From a virus: a stretch of DNA of 64,000 nucleotides. The position numbers were made by a program, and so were the translations under genes. Of this stretch, positions 27,989-38,441 are shown in pieces. Each line of letters starts with the position of its first letter. The first letter of the stretch is position 1. The notes beneath the pieces were generated by a model that saw nothing but the letters and a program-made list of their open reading frames with translations, made no database searches and was not told the DNA's origin. The stretch spans positions 1-64,000 of IMG/VR virus record IMGVR_UViG_3300029362_000001, one strand, 5' to 3'.

Positions 27989-29179
27989 ATGAGATTAGTT
28001 GAAAGGCATATAGTTAAAGACAACCGGTTTGAGGATATTTGCTTCAAATCCGGCTTGTTATATAATTATGTTCTTTACAACATTCGTCAAGGAATCTTTT
28101 CAGGTAACTATTTAAAGGAATTTGATTTATCAAACAAACTTTGCAAAGAAAACCAATTCGATTTCAGGAATTTACCTAATCATGTATCCCAACAGGTGAT
28201 TAAACAGGTATTTAAAAACATAAAATCCTGGATAAAACTCAAGAAGGATTTTGAAAAGAATCCTTCTAAATACGGAAATCATAGACCTCACCTTCCATCA
28301 TACAAACAAGGTAAGAAACAAAACATGGTTGTTTTCACCAACTGCAATTGTAGGGTAAAGGGTGATAATTGTATTTATTTTGTTAAAGATATAATCAAAC
28401 CTATCAAAACAAATGTAAAGAAAGACGAACTAAAACAAGTTAGAATAATCCCTCAAGCTACATGTTATGTAGTAGAGGTAGTTTATGAAAGAAAGGAAAC
28501 TGATCTTGGTTTAAACAAAGACAATTTTCTTTCGATTGATTTAGGATTGAATAATTTATGTTCATGTATTAGTAATGTAGAAACTAATTCTTTCATTATA
28601 AACGGACGGGTTATGAAATCAGTAAATCAGTGGTACAATAAGAAGAAAGCTAAGTTGATGTCTTTTGTTGGTAATAAGGGAACTTCAAATAGAATAAGAA
28701 AAATTACTTTGTTTAGAAATTGTTGGATAGAAGACAAATTGCATAAAATCAGTAGATACATTGTAGACTTTTGTAAATCTAACAATATAGGAACAATCAT
28801 CATTGGATTAAACAAAGAATGGAAAAACGAGATAAATATCGGTAAAAGGAATAACCAACATTTTGTTTCTATTCCTCATTCTAAATTGATTGATAAGATT
28901 GTTTACAAAGCAAATCTTTTAGGGATAGAGGTAATTACTCATGAGGAATCTTACACATCAAAGATTGACCATCTTGCTTTTGAACCTCTAAAGAAACAAG
29001 AATCCTATTTAGGGAAAAGAAAGAAACGTGGATTATTCCAAAGTTCCGTTGGAAAGCTAATTAATGCTGATATTAATGGAGCTATAGGAATAGCAAGAAA
29101 AGTAGTCGGTGATTCTTTCATTGGAAAGATAATCGATAGTGGATTTGTGTTTAATCCGGTTAGAATAAATATTTTGTGA
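27989..29179 (+). CDS. tnpB: TnpB-like (IS200/IS605 OrfB family) RNA-guided-nuclease homologue, 396 aa, with a degenerate C-terminal zinc finger and an apparent E-to-G change at RuvC-II
   Basis: RuvC-I SIDLGLNNL (D184) and RuvC-III NADINGAIGIARK (D361) are present. The expected hhhED RuvC-II block reads TIIIGLN (G273). The canonical YTSQxCSxCG ... FxCxxCG zinc finger is replaced by YTSKIDHLAFEP ... FQSSVG, with all four Cys lost. No IS-end hairpins lie upstream, and only 16 nt separate the stop from the next ATG. Confidence 0.75.
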   Translation: MRLVERHIVKDNRFEDICFKSGLLYNYVLYNIRQGIFSGNYLKEFDLSNKLCKENQFDFRNLPNHVSQQVIKQVFKNIKSWIKLKKDFEKNPSKYGNHRPHLPSYKQGKKQNMVVFTNCNCRVKGDNCIYFVKDIIKPIKTNVKKDELKQVRIIPQATCYVVEVVYERKETDLGLNKDNFLSIDLGLNNLCSCISNVETNSFIINGRVMKSVNQWYNKKKAKLMSFVGNKGTSNRIRKITLFRNCWIEDKLHKISRYIVDFCKSNNIGTIIIGLNKEWKNEINIGKRNNQHFVSIPHSKLIDKIVYKANLLGIEVITHEESYTSKIDHLAFEPLKKQESYLGKRKKRGLFQSSVGKLINADINGAIGIARKVVGDSFIGKIIDSGFVFNPVRINIL

Positions 29180-29195
29180 TATAAGGTTGAATCTA

Positions 29196-29933
29196 ATGAA
29201 TAAAATGAATAATTTTAATAACATTAACTACGCAGCAAAAGCCAGAAGAGCTTATTTGATAAACAATTTCGATAAGATTCTTAACAGCCTCAACACGCTT
29301 CATTCGACGGTTGAAACCATGACGTTGTTCGTAAACGACCAGGCTTATAATTACATTCTTAAGCTGAAGGAAGTGATTAAGGGTGGTCCTATGTACAAAC
29401 ATAATGTCAAACGATTTTTGAATGATATGGACAAAGAGATAAAGAGGTACAATGCTTCTATCTACTACATAAATAAAGAGCGTAGTGAGGTTATAGCTGA
29501 TATAACACAAGCGATGGAAGATTGCCTCATGCCATACATAGACGACCTGGCCGGCGCTATAAGGGCAGCCGTGTGGTCGAGGGGTGTGTCCGAGGAGCGG
29601 ACGGAAGCGGCGGTACTGTCCCTAATCGTATCCTCCTTGGCTACGACATCAGGCAGACTTATCTCAGGTGGATATCAGATCATGAAAGAAATGGGTGGAG
29701 GTCAAGGTGGTAATCCATTTACGTTTATGAGCATTGATAAGATAAGACACTTATCTACATCATTGTCTGATGCTATTACCGGTGGAGAAATAGCTCTTGA
29801 AGAAAAAGAAGCCAATAACATAACTAAGGCAATGGATGTTTTTATTGAGAAAATGTCTGATTCGGATATTGTCGATAAGGTAATTAGCATACTCGAAGAA
29901 TCAGAATCTAAAAATAAGGAGGAGCGATCATGA
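29196..29933 (+). CDS. Hypothetical protein (about 245 aa) immediately downstream of the TnpB-like gene; contains a GC-rich island
   Basis: In-frame ATG (M4) of the TTG-started track ORF; function unknown. Confidence 0.5.
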   Translation: MNKMNNFNNINYAAKARRAYLINNFDKILNSLNTLHSTVETMTLFVNDQAYNYILKLKEVIKGGPMYKHNVKRFLNDMDKEIKRYNASIYYINKERSEVIADITQAMEDCLMPYIDDLAGAIRAAVWSRGVSEERTEAAVLSLIVSSLATTSGRLISGGYQIMKEMGGGQGGNPFTFMSIDKIRHLSTSLSDAITGGEIALEEKEANNITKAMDVFIEKMSDSDIVDKVISILEESESKNKEERS

Positions 29934-30121
29934 ATTATTTGGATGGGTATGTAGAAGAAGTTCTTTCTGAGCCGTACTATGATGATTATGGCTCTGGGAT
30001 TTTTAGGTGGTGGGTGGAAGTATCTTACATTTGTGAAGGTACAGAATCAACTACTACATTAATGTTTGATACGAGAGAAGAAGCAGAGGCAGTAAAACCA
30101 GGTTATAAATTTTTATGTTGA
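29930..30121 (+). CDS. Hypothetical small protein (63 aa)
   Basis: SD aaggaggagc; ATGA overlap with the upstream gene. Confidence 0.45.
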   Translation: MNYLDGYVEEVLSEPYYDDYGSGIFRWWVEVSYICEGTESTTTLMFDTREEAEAVKPGYKFLC

Positions 30122-30128
30122 AAATAAC

Positions 30129-30365
30129 ATGAGGTATTTTGTTTTATTGATGGCACTTGTGTTATCATCATGTTCGCATGATGATAGTCAGGTTAATAAC
30201 GGATGGGTTATATATGATTTACGTCCTTTAGAAGATGGATGTATAATGTATTATGGTGAAGACGAAAGAATTTCAATATTTTATAATAATAGGCTTATAA
30301 AATTCGTTGGATACCAAGGGGAATACAATATAGGAGATTCTATTAAAATCGTAAAAGTGAAATAA
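30129..30365 (+). CDS. Small lipoprotein (signal peptide plus lipobox LSSC)
   Basis: Begins MRYFVLLMALVLSSCSHDD. Confidence 0.5.
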   Translation: MRYFVLLMALVLSSCSHDDSQVNNGWVIYDLRPLEDGCIMYYGEDERISIFYNNRLIKFVGYQGEYNIGDSIKIVKVK

Positions 30366-30366
30366 T

Positions 30367-30855
30367 ATGAAAAATAATTTGAAACTCGTATGTCCAAAAT
30401 GTGGCACCCCTCACCAGCCTCATTCTCCGCACACGATGGATGCAGATGGATTTGAAAGGTGTGAGATAAGAACGGTCATGGAAGACAGGGGATGGTGCTA
30501 CGAATGCTCTTTTTGGCAAAATATGTACGACAAGCACAAAGACGATCCTGGATGGGTTAGGATAGACGGTAAAAGCTGGGTGCTTAAGCCTATGGTGAAA
30601 AACGTACCGAGCGGATGGAACAGCCTTGGATGCGGTGGAAGAAAGATGTATATCAATATCGAAGGGAAAGGCATTGTTGTATCAAATAACTGCTGGTGCC
30701 AAGGTGATGTTTCGGACGCATTTAAGGATCTGATGCCTGATAATGCTACCTGGGCTACGAAGGAGGAATTTGACAAAGCTCCTGTAGTAGGATATATCAT
30801 AGAAGGTATTGGTTTAGTTTTCACAGATAGGGAAGGTCATGAAGTTAATGCTTAG
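30367..30855 (+). CDS. Hypothetical zinc-ribbon protein (162 aa)
   Basis: CPKCG ... H ... C ... C motifs. Confidence 0.5.
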   Translation: MKNNLKLVCPKCGTPHQPHSPHTMDADGFERCEIRTVMEDRGWCYECSFWQNMYDKHKDDPGWVRIDGKSWVLKPMVKNVPSGWNSLGCGGRKMYINIEGKGIVVSNNCWCQGDVSDAFKDLMPDNATWATKEEFDKAPVVGYIIEGIGLVFTDREGHEVNA

Positions 30856-30896
30856 AGACTTAGGTAATTATATACCTTTTTTTCATAACAAAAGAA

Positions 30897-30930
30897 ACCG
30901 GTTCTCTATCATCTCTGACTGAGAACCGGT
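30897..30930. terminator. Bidirectional hairpin terminator between the convergent + and - gene blocks (ACCGGTTCTC ... GAGAACCGGT, 10-bp stem)
   Basis: Perfect 10-bp inverted repeat in the 210-bp convergent intergenic region, flanked by A/T runs. Confidence 0.6.
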
Positions 30931-31066
30931 AGGAAAACAATTTCAGAAAAAATTAAACCTACATAATCTTTCAAGTAAGAACAAAAAACGTACAATCTAC
31001 TCTTTGACGATGCTAATATAACATATTGGAATCATACAAAAACAATGCAAGTCCGATATTCTTCGT

Positions 31067-34000
31067 CTACTTGTAGCTAACATCATCGTCCCCTTCCGAA
31101 TCAGGAGTAGCGCCGATGAAGAACATCATTGACTTGTTGTTCGTCTGCTGCCACCAATTATAGGCGCGCGCTACGTCTTCCGGCGTCTTGATATTATACC
31201 ATTGTTTGATAAACGTCTGTTTGGCGAGTTGCCTAAATAACTTAGACTCTCCCTTGTATGTACCGGATGTTACTTTATCAAGTGAATAATTCCTAAGATC
31301 GGTAAGATCCTTCAGTTTTCGCCCCATAACAAACGGATCGTTAATGATATCTACCACGTTAAGCTCCATAATAAACGGCATCTGTGAAGCTATTTCGTTT
31401 ATGGTTCTGAATCCGACATAGGATCCAAATTGAGTAAGCCAACTTTCTTCGTTTTCATCATCATCACGCCATCCGGCAAGAAGCATAGATACGGCCTGCA
31501 TGATAAGGAACGTGCCGGCATAGACACTGAGACGTTTGAGATTGGTTTTTTCTACCTCATTCATATTGTCTTTATTTTCATTCCAGGCATCTATGATGTT
31601 TTTCATACCAGACTCGGAAGCCAGGCTAAATGTTTTGGCTATCATATTCTTTAACGTAATTGACAACCCTTCCTCTTCTTGCATTGTCTGGAAATTGAAG
31701 CCACGTCTTTTCCACAGACGTTGAGCCGACAGCACCAACCATCCTCGGTGGGCGGTCATGAACCTGGCTATCCAGTTGCGCGATGCGGCAGTTCGGTTTT
31801 CTTCATTCAAAGATCCGTTGCATATCTGCGACAAGCTACGAACTTGATTTCTGGTTATAGCCATCTGGGTTTCTACTTCCTCAACAGTAACACCCGATCC
31901 TGGCTTTACAACCACCTTCCCATCCACGACGTCTACCATACTCCATAAAGTACGATCTTTTAATGCGTTCCATTCTCTTTTTATGGTACTCTGTTCTTTA
32001 TTGCGTTCTTTTTCCATCTTGAAATCTTGGAACGTGTAGAACCGGCCTTTGTAATAACGAACATTGTCCATAGTAGCAATCATAACCTGCGGATCAAGAG
32101 GGTAGTTCAGGATTTCCATAAAAGCATACATAGGCGAACGCATTAAGGTCCTGGCCGCTCTATTGTATCCGGCACCATACATACGATTTCGGATATTGAA
32201 TATCCCCATTCTCTCACCTATGACATATAATTTGCTTTTCCTATCTATGTCTCCGGTTTCTGCTATACAAGATGGCGCAAGACGTGAAAACTCAGCCGAT
32301 GCGTATTTAAGGGAGTCTTTGCTTATATACTGTCCTACGGCAGATTCCATGATGAGGTTGATATGACCTGTCAGGGCGCCGGTAGCTGCCACAAACGGAG
32401 ACAGTGCCAGGTTCATAACCGACATAAATCTTTCAACAGCCATCATAATTCTTGTAAGGTCTACCGTATATCCTCCGATGTTCACCGTAAGTTTTTTGGT
32501 GTTCATCCTAATGCCATAATAATGATCGTTGAAGAAGTCCCTGAACATCTGATATGCTTGGGTTGCTTCAGCCTTCTTACCGCCTTCAAATTGTTTATTC
32601 AGTAACATCTGCTCCAGTCCTTGGGCAAGCTCTATAGACTTCTGCTTTTCGTTATATAACGATGACTGCATCATAAGCATCGAATAAGAGTAGCCAAAAT
32701 CGTGAGATACATCATCTTGGTTCTCCAACTCATATATGTAGTATTTAGGTATAGACCTAAGTCTGTCTTCCGGATCATATACTTCCCCTTGCCTGGTCTT
32801 ACCATATAGAGAATCGTCTACTCTGTCCAGGCACAGATCTGATACAAAATTACGAACCGTATTTTTGAAGTTAATACCCAATCCTTCTACACGTTCTATG
32901 TCTTGTTTTGATATCTGTGGAATAGCATACAGATTAGGACTCTGCTCTTTGTATAGATCAAGCGATTGTCTTTTTATTTCCTTGAGTTTTTGAATCATAT
33001 TCCACTGCTCTACGTTTTTAGTAGCAACTTCATTACCGTCAGCATCATACTTGATACCAAAGTCATTGAAATACGATTCATCACGATACAGGCTTTTCTT
33101 AGGCATTCGATGACCATACCCATGATCTTTTACATAATCAGGATTACGGCCGCTATTTTCGGCTTCAGATTCAGCCACCCATGCCCTTGCAGGATCGAAA
33201 GACAGGTACGATATGTCCATGCCATAATCTTGGGTGGATGTACCGTTTTGTACGTCCTTAACCATCTGCGCCACATCTATCTCACCTCGACCTATTTTGT
33301 CGATCATGGCCGCATATCCGGTAGGCGCCATGCGTTTATAGTACGAAAAGACCTGGCTCCTGGCAAATTCATTAACAATAGCATTGGTCTCTTCTATGCC
33401 CTCTTCTCTTGTATTATTTAAAAACAAGCTGGCCATCTTAGCATTAACAGCATTCCTGAAATCTCTACCGTCTAATTCTTTGCTTATACCAAGCTTTTCT
33501 GACAGGTAGTTGGTTTCAGATACGGTAAACAGATATCGGTTATCAGCAGCCTTAAACAGCTTATCCCTTAAAGCCTGAATCCTTTTTGCTTTCTTCGCCG
33601 TAGTATGACGTTGTACGAACTTCCATTCCACTTCCTTGGAGTCAGCAAGAGCATTTAAATAAGACTGATTTACTTCGTTTTCGGCCTTACTGCTTTTAGT
33701 AAGGTACTTATCAATATCTTCAAGACCCACCATCTTAGCATAATCTATTAAGATAGCGTAATCAGCTTCAATAGCTTCAGATGCGGCCCTAAAAGCATCT
33801 CTTTCAGATGAGGTAAATGTCGCTTCGTTAATTTCTCCGATATCAGCCACATCTCGGTTGTTTCCGATTATTTCCTTGATAATGGCCTTATTTTTTTCTA
33901 TATCTTTCACAATCGAATCCACGTCAGTCGCATCTCTATCACTTGTCGTAGAACTAATGATATCATGCGCCATTTTAAGATACGAAGCCTTGTTATTTGA

Positions 34001-37000
34001 TTCGGTACGCGCCGACTGTTCCGATTCTACTTCATTCCAAAACCGATCATTGAACGACAGGTGACCTCCCAACATAAGTGTCTTCAGCGCAGCTTCTCCT
34101 CCCGACTCGCTCTGAATCGTTCTTAATTTTTGCAAAAACGATTCTGATACGGCATTGGTAACATTATTTGATTCCTTTCTCCAAACTTCATTTATAGCTT
34201 GTATTTCTTTAGCCATCTTAAGTTGGTCGCCGGTTTTTTCCACTCTCCTGGTTCCTACATATATGTATTCTGAAGCTGCTTCCTTACGTTGTTTACGAAG
34301 CAGTCCTTCTTCTTCGTAATTGCTGCTTTTAAAATAGGCAACCTCATCAAAATTACCACCGCTATCAATAAAAGGCTGCCTCAATATCCGTTTTTGCCTG
34401 GATAGAGCATTAAGGTATTCTTTGGTTGTTTGAGAAACCGGATGCCCTAATTCTTCTTCAGCCTTTTTGTATATGGATTCCATTCTTGTGGCATAACTTT
34501 CGCTAAATTCCAGTTCCGAATTTTCAGCATCCCACTTTTCCATCTGCTCTGTATAGATCTTTTCCTGCTCGATGGTAAAAATATCGGTATTAACTCTATC
34601 AGACGATGGTTTGAATTTAGCGTTTTCAGTAACCGTATTTCCATCCTTGTCAACTACTTCTCTTTTAAATACGTAATTACGGTTATTGTCAACCACATCA
34701 CCAATTTCTTCTTCTGATATCTCTATGTTCATGGCAGTCGCAAACGCTCGCATCTGCGCCAGCTTCTTATTACGATCGTATTTAGCCATATCAAGAGCAC
34801 TACGAAGGTAATTAGAAGTTTTGCCATCTACTTTCTGAAGCAGTTTTTCAAATTCAGATTTGTTAAAACCATGCTTTTTCGCATATGCCAGGAAATCGGA
34901 TATGGCGGGCTGGGCATTCACCATCGCATTGTAATTGTCTTTGGCAATCATAGCTCCAAGAGCGTTATTGAACGGACTGGAAGAATGCTCTAATATACCA
35001 AACCACCTACTTATCCAAGAAACATCGTGTTGAACCTTGTCGAAAAATTCTTTTACTCTCTTTACCTTATCTGCCGGCACATGAAGTTCGTTCATTAACT
35101 TATCAAGCAACGTGCTTTCATCAAGGTCTTGTACTGATTTAATATCAGACTGAATACCATTGATGTCGGCAATGACGGTATTGATCCTATTTGTATAATC
35201 CTGCTTTTCACGTTCATCAAATTCGGTACTTCTGTTACGGATATATCCTCGAAGATCGTTCATGATCGGAAGAACCTGATTGTTGATAATATCTACGTTC
35301 TTTCGATCATTGGTATTGAAATGAAGCTTGCCGTCTTTGGTATCACCATGAAGGATGGTGTTCACCACATTGCTTAAGTATCTGACCTGAGCTTCGGCTG
35401 TAGAGATCATGCTGTTCATGGCAGCCGCCATCTCATTCTTGTCTATTTCGGTCTCTACCTTATTTATCTTATCTTCTATGGTCTTAAGCTGCGCAAGGGT
35501 CATAGACGTAGTTACAGCCCTATCAGAGCTTATCTGACGTAAGTCTCTTAATGTTTTTCTTAGCGATCTGATCTTAGACTCAAGAAACTTGTTCTTGTTC
35601 ATAGAAGAAAGGGAGTATAATGTAAAGTCATTATCCTTTAACAGAGAGGTGTCAAATCCTTTATCTATGTCAGTAATGGCAAGATCACGAATGTTTTTAA
35701 TAACGTTATTCAAATCTTGTCTTTGGGTTGATAAAGCTGATTTAAGCCAGCTTACGATTCCAGAGAGAAGCTGCCGGACGCGCCCCAGGAAGGAGGTGGG
35801 CTCTACCGACGCCTGCGCTGTGCCGGTCTGCATCTCCCTGGCGAGGATCTTTCCAAGAATTTCTCTCCTAACGGCATTATCAAGCTCAGATCCTTCATAT
35901 ACCTTACCGTATGTATTATAATACTGACCTGCATACTGGTTCCACTCTTCCGTACCTTCTACATCTTGCAGAACAGCCTCAACAGCATTCTGATCTCTGT
36001 ATGCCTCTACAAGGAAGTGGGCTGTTTCTTCTACTAAATCGGATAAAGTAGCATCTTCACCAACTGCTATTACGTTATTGGCAATATCCGCCAATGCCTT
36101 AGCAGAAGGTTCATGCCCGTATTTGGTTTGGTACTTCTCTATATAGTCGGTCATACCTATGACACTAACGCCAAGAGTTTTCAGTATCTCGACAATAGAA
36201 TTTCGTTGGTCACGTTCCTGCCTGCTATAATCCGATACGATCTTAGCTTTAGTATCAGCATAAAGATCGTTGTCTTCTAATATGAATGAAACTACAAGCG
36301 CATCAAAATGATCGTACTTGGCGTCCAATTCATTGTATCTTCCTGACTTAAGATCGTTCTTTATCTGCTCTTTGCTAACCCTTTCCGTTCCTCCGGTGGC
36401 GAGTCTCATCGTTACCTTACTGTTATCCAACGAGCTTATGGTTATCATACCTTGGTCGTTCATGGAAACATCGGAACCAAAATGATTACGGAGCTCAGTG
36501 TAGGATAAGGCTGAATTGAAAAGTCTAATTTGTCCTGTATGACCTTCTCCTGTAAGATAATAGCTTCTTGTTTCAGGATCGAATATCTTAGATCCGGACA
36601 AAAGACCTTTCTTTATAAGGTAGTTAATTATACCACCTTTTGTTGATAAAGAAGTGGAAGCAGAAGCGGTCATGACCGGTATAAAAGATTTTGGATTATT
36701 AAGAACATACTTTCCAGCCTTGTAAGTAATGTCTGCCACGCCATCCCAGGCAGATTCTTGAACGGTGCCTGACAAGAATCCTATTCTAATATCATTCCCG
36801 CCAGAGCGAAGAGCTTCTCCGTAATCTTCAAATAATTGATTACGATCGTTCATGAAAAACAAACGAGGCTCTCCGGTCTGATACGTTACACCCACAGGAT
36901 TAGAATCTGTCTGTGGTAACTCTTCTGGGCTAAATATCTTAAGACCGTCTTTTATAACCATATAATTAACACCCTTATCCTGTACCATAGATACGGGGGT

Positions 37001-37489
37001 GAAGTCCGAAGATATAGTATCTTGTAGATACTGACCGGCGTCTATTCCAGGTCCTTCCGGTACGGAAATACTTGACGGAACCATAGCATCCACCAACATA
37101 ATATTATCACCCAGATCTTGGCTGTAGAATCCAAAGCCCGATTCTCGGATTTCATAAGGTGCATCTGATTTTGACACAAGAACAGGATTACTCATCTTAG
37201 AAGCCTTATCCAGCACCCTTTCTCTATAGGCTTCCGGAATAAGATCGATGTTGGATTTTACCTTATTATAAGCCGGTTTGTTGATAGGCACTCTCTTTCT
37301 CCAGTCGCCAAAAGCCTTTAAGAACTTATTAGAAAATACGGTTTTAAAAACAGTAGTAGCCCGCTCCCTATTTTCCATAAGAGGAATAGATGCTATTTTA
37401 TCAAACAACATAGACCTGTCCCCTGATCTGGTAGAGACAGAAACAACTTTCTTTTTATTATCTCTTTTAATAATACACGTTGACGCCAT
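31067..37489 (-). CDS. Giant hypothetical protein (2140 aa), probably a virion, ejected or structural protein
   Basis: Uninterrupted 6.4-kb ORF with an ATG start; no confident catalytic motif was found. A weak RNAP-like YDADGNE motif was considered and rejected. Confidence 0.6.
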   Translation of the reverse strand: MASTCIIKRDNKKKVVSVSTRSGDRSMLFDKIASIPLMENRERATTVFKTVFSNKFLKAFGDWRKRVPINKPAYNKVKSNIDLIPEAYRERVLDKASKMSNPVLVSKSDAPYEIRESGFGFYSQDLGDNIMLVDAMVPSSISVPEGPGIDAGQYLQDTISSDFTPVSMVQDKGVNYMVIKDGLKIFSPEELPQTDSNPVGVTYQTGEPRLFFMNDRNQLFEDYGEALRSGGNDIRIGFLSGTVQESAWDGVADITYKAGKYVLNNPKSFIPVMTASASTSLSTKGGIINYLIKKGLLSGSKIFDPETRSYYLTGEGHTGQIRLFNSALSYTELRNHFGSDVSMNDQGMITISSLDNSKVTMRLATGGTERVSKEQIKNDLKSGRYNELDAKYDHFDALVVSFILEDNDLYADTKAKIVSDYSRQERDQRNSIVEILKTLGVSVIGMTDYIEKYQTKYGHEPSAKALADIANNVIAVGEDATLSDLVEETAHFLVEAYRDQNAVEAVLQDVEGTEEWNQYAGQYYNTYGKVYEGSELDNAVRREILGKILAREMQTGTAQASVEPTSFLGRVRQLLSGIVSWLKSALSTQRQDLNNVIKNIRDLAITDIDKGFDTSLLKDNDFTLYSLSSMNKNKFLESKIRSLRKTLRDLRQISSDRAVTTSMTLAQLKTIEDKINKVETEIDKNEMAAAMNSMISTAEAQVRYLSNVVNTILHGDTKDGKLHFNTNDRKNVDIINNQVLPIMNDLRGYIRNRSTEFDEREKQDYTNRINTVIADINGIQSDIKSVQDLDESTLLDKLMNELHVPADKVKRVKEFFDKVQHDVSWISRWFGILEHSSSPFNNALGAMIAKDNYNAMVNAQPAISDFLAYAKKHGFNKSEFEKLLQKVDGKTSNYLRSALDMAKYDRNKKLAQMRAFATAMNIEISEEEIGDVVDNNRNYVFKREVVDKDGNTVTENAKFKPSSDRVNTDIFTIEQEKIYTEQMEKWDAENSELEFSESYATRMESIYKKAEEELGHPVSQTTKEYLNALSRQKRILRQPFIDSGGNFDEVAYFKSSNYEEEGLLRKQRKEAASEYIYVGTRRVEKTGDQLKMAKEIQAINEVWRKESNNVTNAVSESFLQKLRTIQSESGGEAALKTLMLGGHLSFNDRFWNEVESEQSARTESNNKASYLKMAHDIISSTTSDRDATDVDSIVKDIEKNKAIIKEIIGNNRDVADIGEINEATFTSSERDAFRAASEAIEADYAILIDYAKMVGLEDIDKYLTKSSKAENEVNQSYLNALADSKEVEWKFVQRHTTAKKAKRIQALRDKLFKAADNRYLFTVSETNYLSEKLGISKELDGRDFRNAVNAKMASLFLNNTREEGIEETNAIVNEFARSQVFSYYKRMAPTGYAAMIDKIGRGEIDVAQMVKDVQNGTSTQDYGMDISYLSFDPARAWVAESEAENSGRNPDYVKDHGYGHRMPKKSLYRDESYFNDFGIKYDADGNEVATKNVEQWNMIQKLKEIKRQSLDLYKEQSPNLYAIPQISKQDIERVEGLGINFKNTVRNFVSDLCLDRVDDSLYGKTRQGEVYDPEDRLRSIPKYYIYELENQDDVSHDFGYSYSMLMMQSSLYNEKQKSIELAQGLEQMLLNKQFEGGKKAEATQAYQMFRDFFNDHYYGIRMNTKKLTVNIGGYTVDLTRIMMAVERFMSVMNLALSPFVAATGALTGHINLIMESAVGQYISKDSLKYASAEFSRLAPSCIAETGDIDRKSKLYVIGERMGIFNIRNRMYGAGYNRAARTLMRSPMYAFMEILNYPLDPQVMIATMDNVRYYKGRFYTFQDFKMEKERNKEQSTIKREWNALKDRTLWSMVDVVDGKVVVKPGSGVTVEEVETQMAITRNQVRSLSQICNGSLNEENRTAASRNWIARFMTAHRGWLVLSAQRLWKRRGFNFQTMQEEEGLSITLKNMIAKTFSLASESGMKNIIDAWNENKDNMNEVEKTNLKRLSVYAGTFLIMQAVSMLLAGWRDDDENEESWLTQFGSYVGFRTINEIASQMPFIMELNVVDIINDPFVMGRKLKDLTDLRNYSLDKVTSGTYKGESKLFRQLAKQTFIKQWYNIKTPEDVARAYNWWQQTNNKSMMFFIGATPDSEGDDDVSYK

Positions 37490-37629
37490 AAGAATTTATT
37501 TTGTTTTGACACAAAGGTAATTAAAAATCAGGCACATGATAAAAACAAAGCCGTCTAACTTCCCAGTCTGACGGCTTAATATACATATGAAAAAATAATT
37601 ATAATCTGACGTAAATCGTCAAGTTACGC

Positions 37630-37986
37630 TTACGCATTATATTTGTACCCATTTCTATGAATAAACCTTCCTGATTCGAACCTTTCCACATCATCCGGTC
37701 CAATAGGTCCGCAGTCTTCCCTCCTTGCCTCATACCACAGCCCCGGCTTACGGAGCCGGCAGGTTATGACGTATTTAAAGCAGTTGTGAGTAAAATGGAA
37801 TACGGAGCCTACTGGGAAATACCTGGTAGTTTGAAACACTATTCTTTTTCGTTTAGTATCAAACACTATATCTCCTACTACCTTAGTCACGTAATAGCTT
37901 ATGCCATTTAACGTTTCATCTGTTTGTGGTATCCAATAATAACCTTTTGCCATGCCACAAATATACGAAAAAGTCGGATAACTCAC
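37630..37986 (-). CDS. Hypothetical protein (118 aa)
   Basis: ORF in the - block. Confidence 0.45.
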   Translation of the reverse strand: MSYPTFSYICGMAKGYYWIPQTDETLNGISYYVTKVVGDIVFDTKRKRIVFQTTRYFPVGSVFHFTHNCFKYVITCRLRKPGLWYEARREDCGPIGPDDVERFESGRFIHRNGYKYNA

Positions 37987-38216
37987 GTACCCGACTTCAT
38001 TATTTGTTTAAACATACCAATTCCGTTTATTACAATATGACCGCTTCGCATACGACCATTATTATGATTGTGTAGAAAATTGAAACCACTTTCTTTTTCC
38101 TGTCTTTCAAAAGAACTAATATCCTTTCCTCTACGAGCTCTTCCAAAAGCTTTCTTGAACAACTTGCCTCTAAAGGTCTTGACGAGGATCTTGGTAGCGT
38201 TAGATGTATTTCCCAA
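37983..38216 (-). CDS. Hypothetical basic protein (77 aa)
   Basis: ATGA overlap with the downstream gene. Confidence 0.4.
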   Translation of the reverse strand: MGNTSNATKILVKTFRGKLFKKAFGRARRGKDISSFERQEKESGFNFLHNHNNGRMRSGHIVINGIGMFKQIMKSGT

Positions 38217-38441
38217 ACAGTTTGTAATATCTACGTTGTAGAGCTAAAGCATGATTCCATACAAAACAGCATTCGCGAAGCATCTTATCAAGATACTTCG
38301 TTTTCTTTGAATGATAGATGTTGTATTTGTATGAAATCATTTTTAACCACATTTATAATACAAATATAATAATAACTTTTTGGCATATATCAGAATCAAT
38401 TATTAAAGAATACATATATGAATAAAAGAATCATTGATCTC

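Noticed and set aside
31067-37489. Virion RNA polymerase (DxDGD-type) identity for the 2140-aa protein
   Set aside because: The only similar motif is YDADGNE, in which the third Asp is replaced by Asn. No second double-psi beta-barrel motif was recognised, so this is insufficient.
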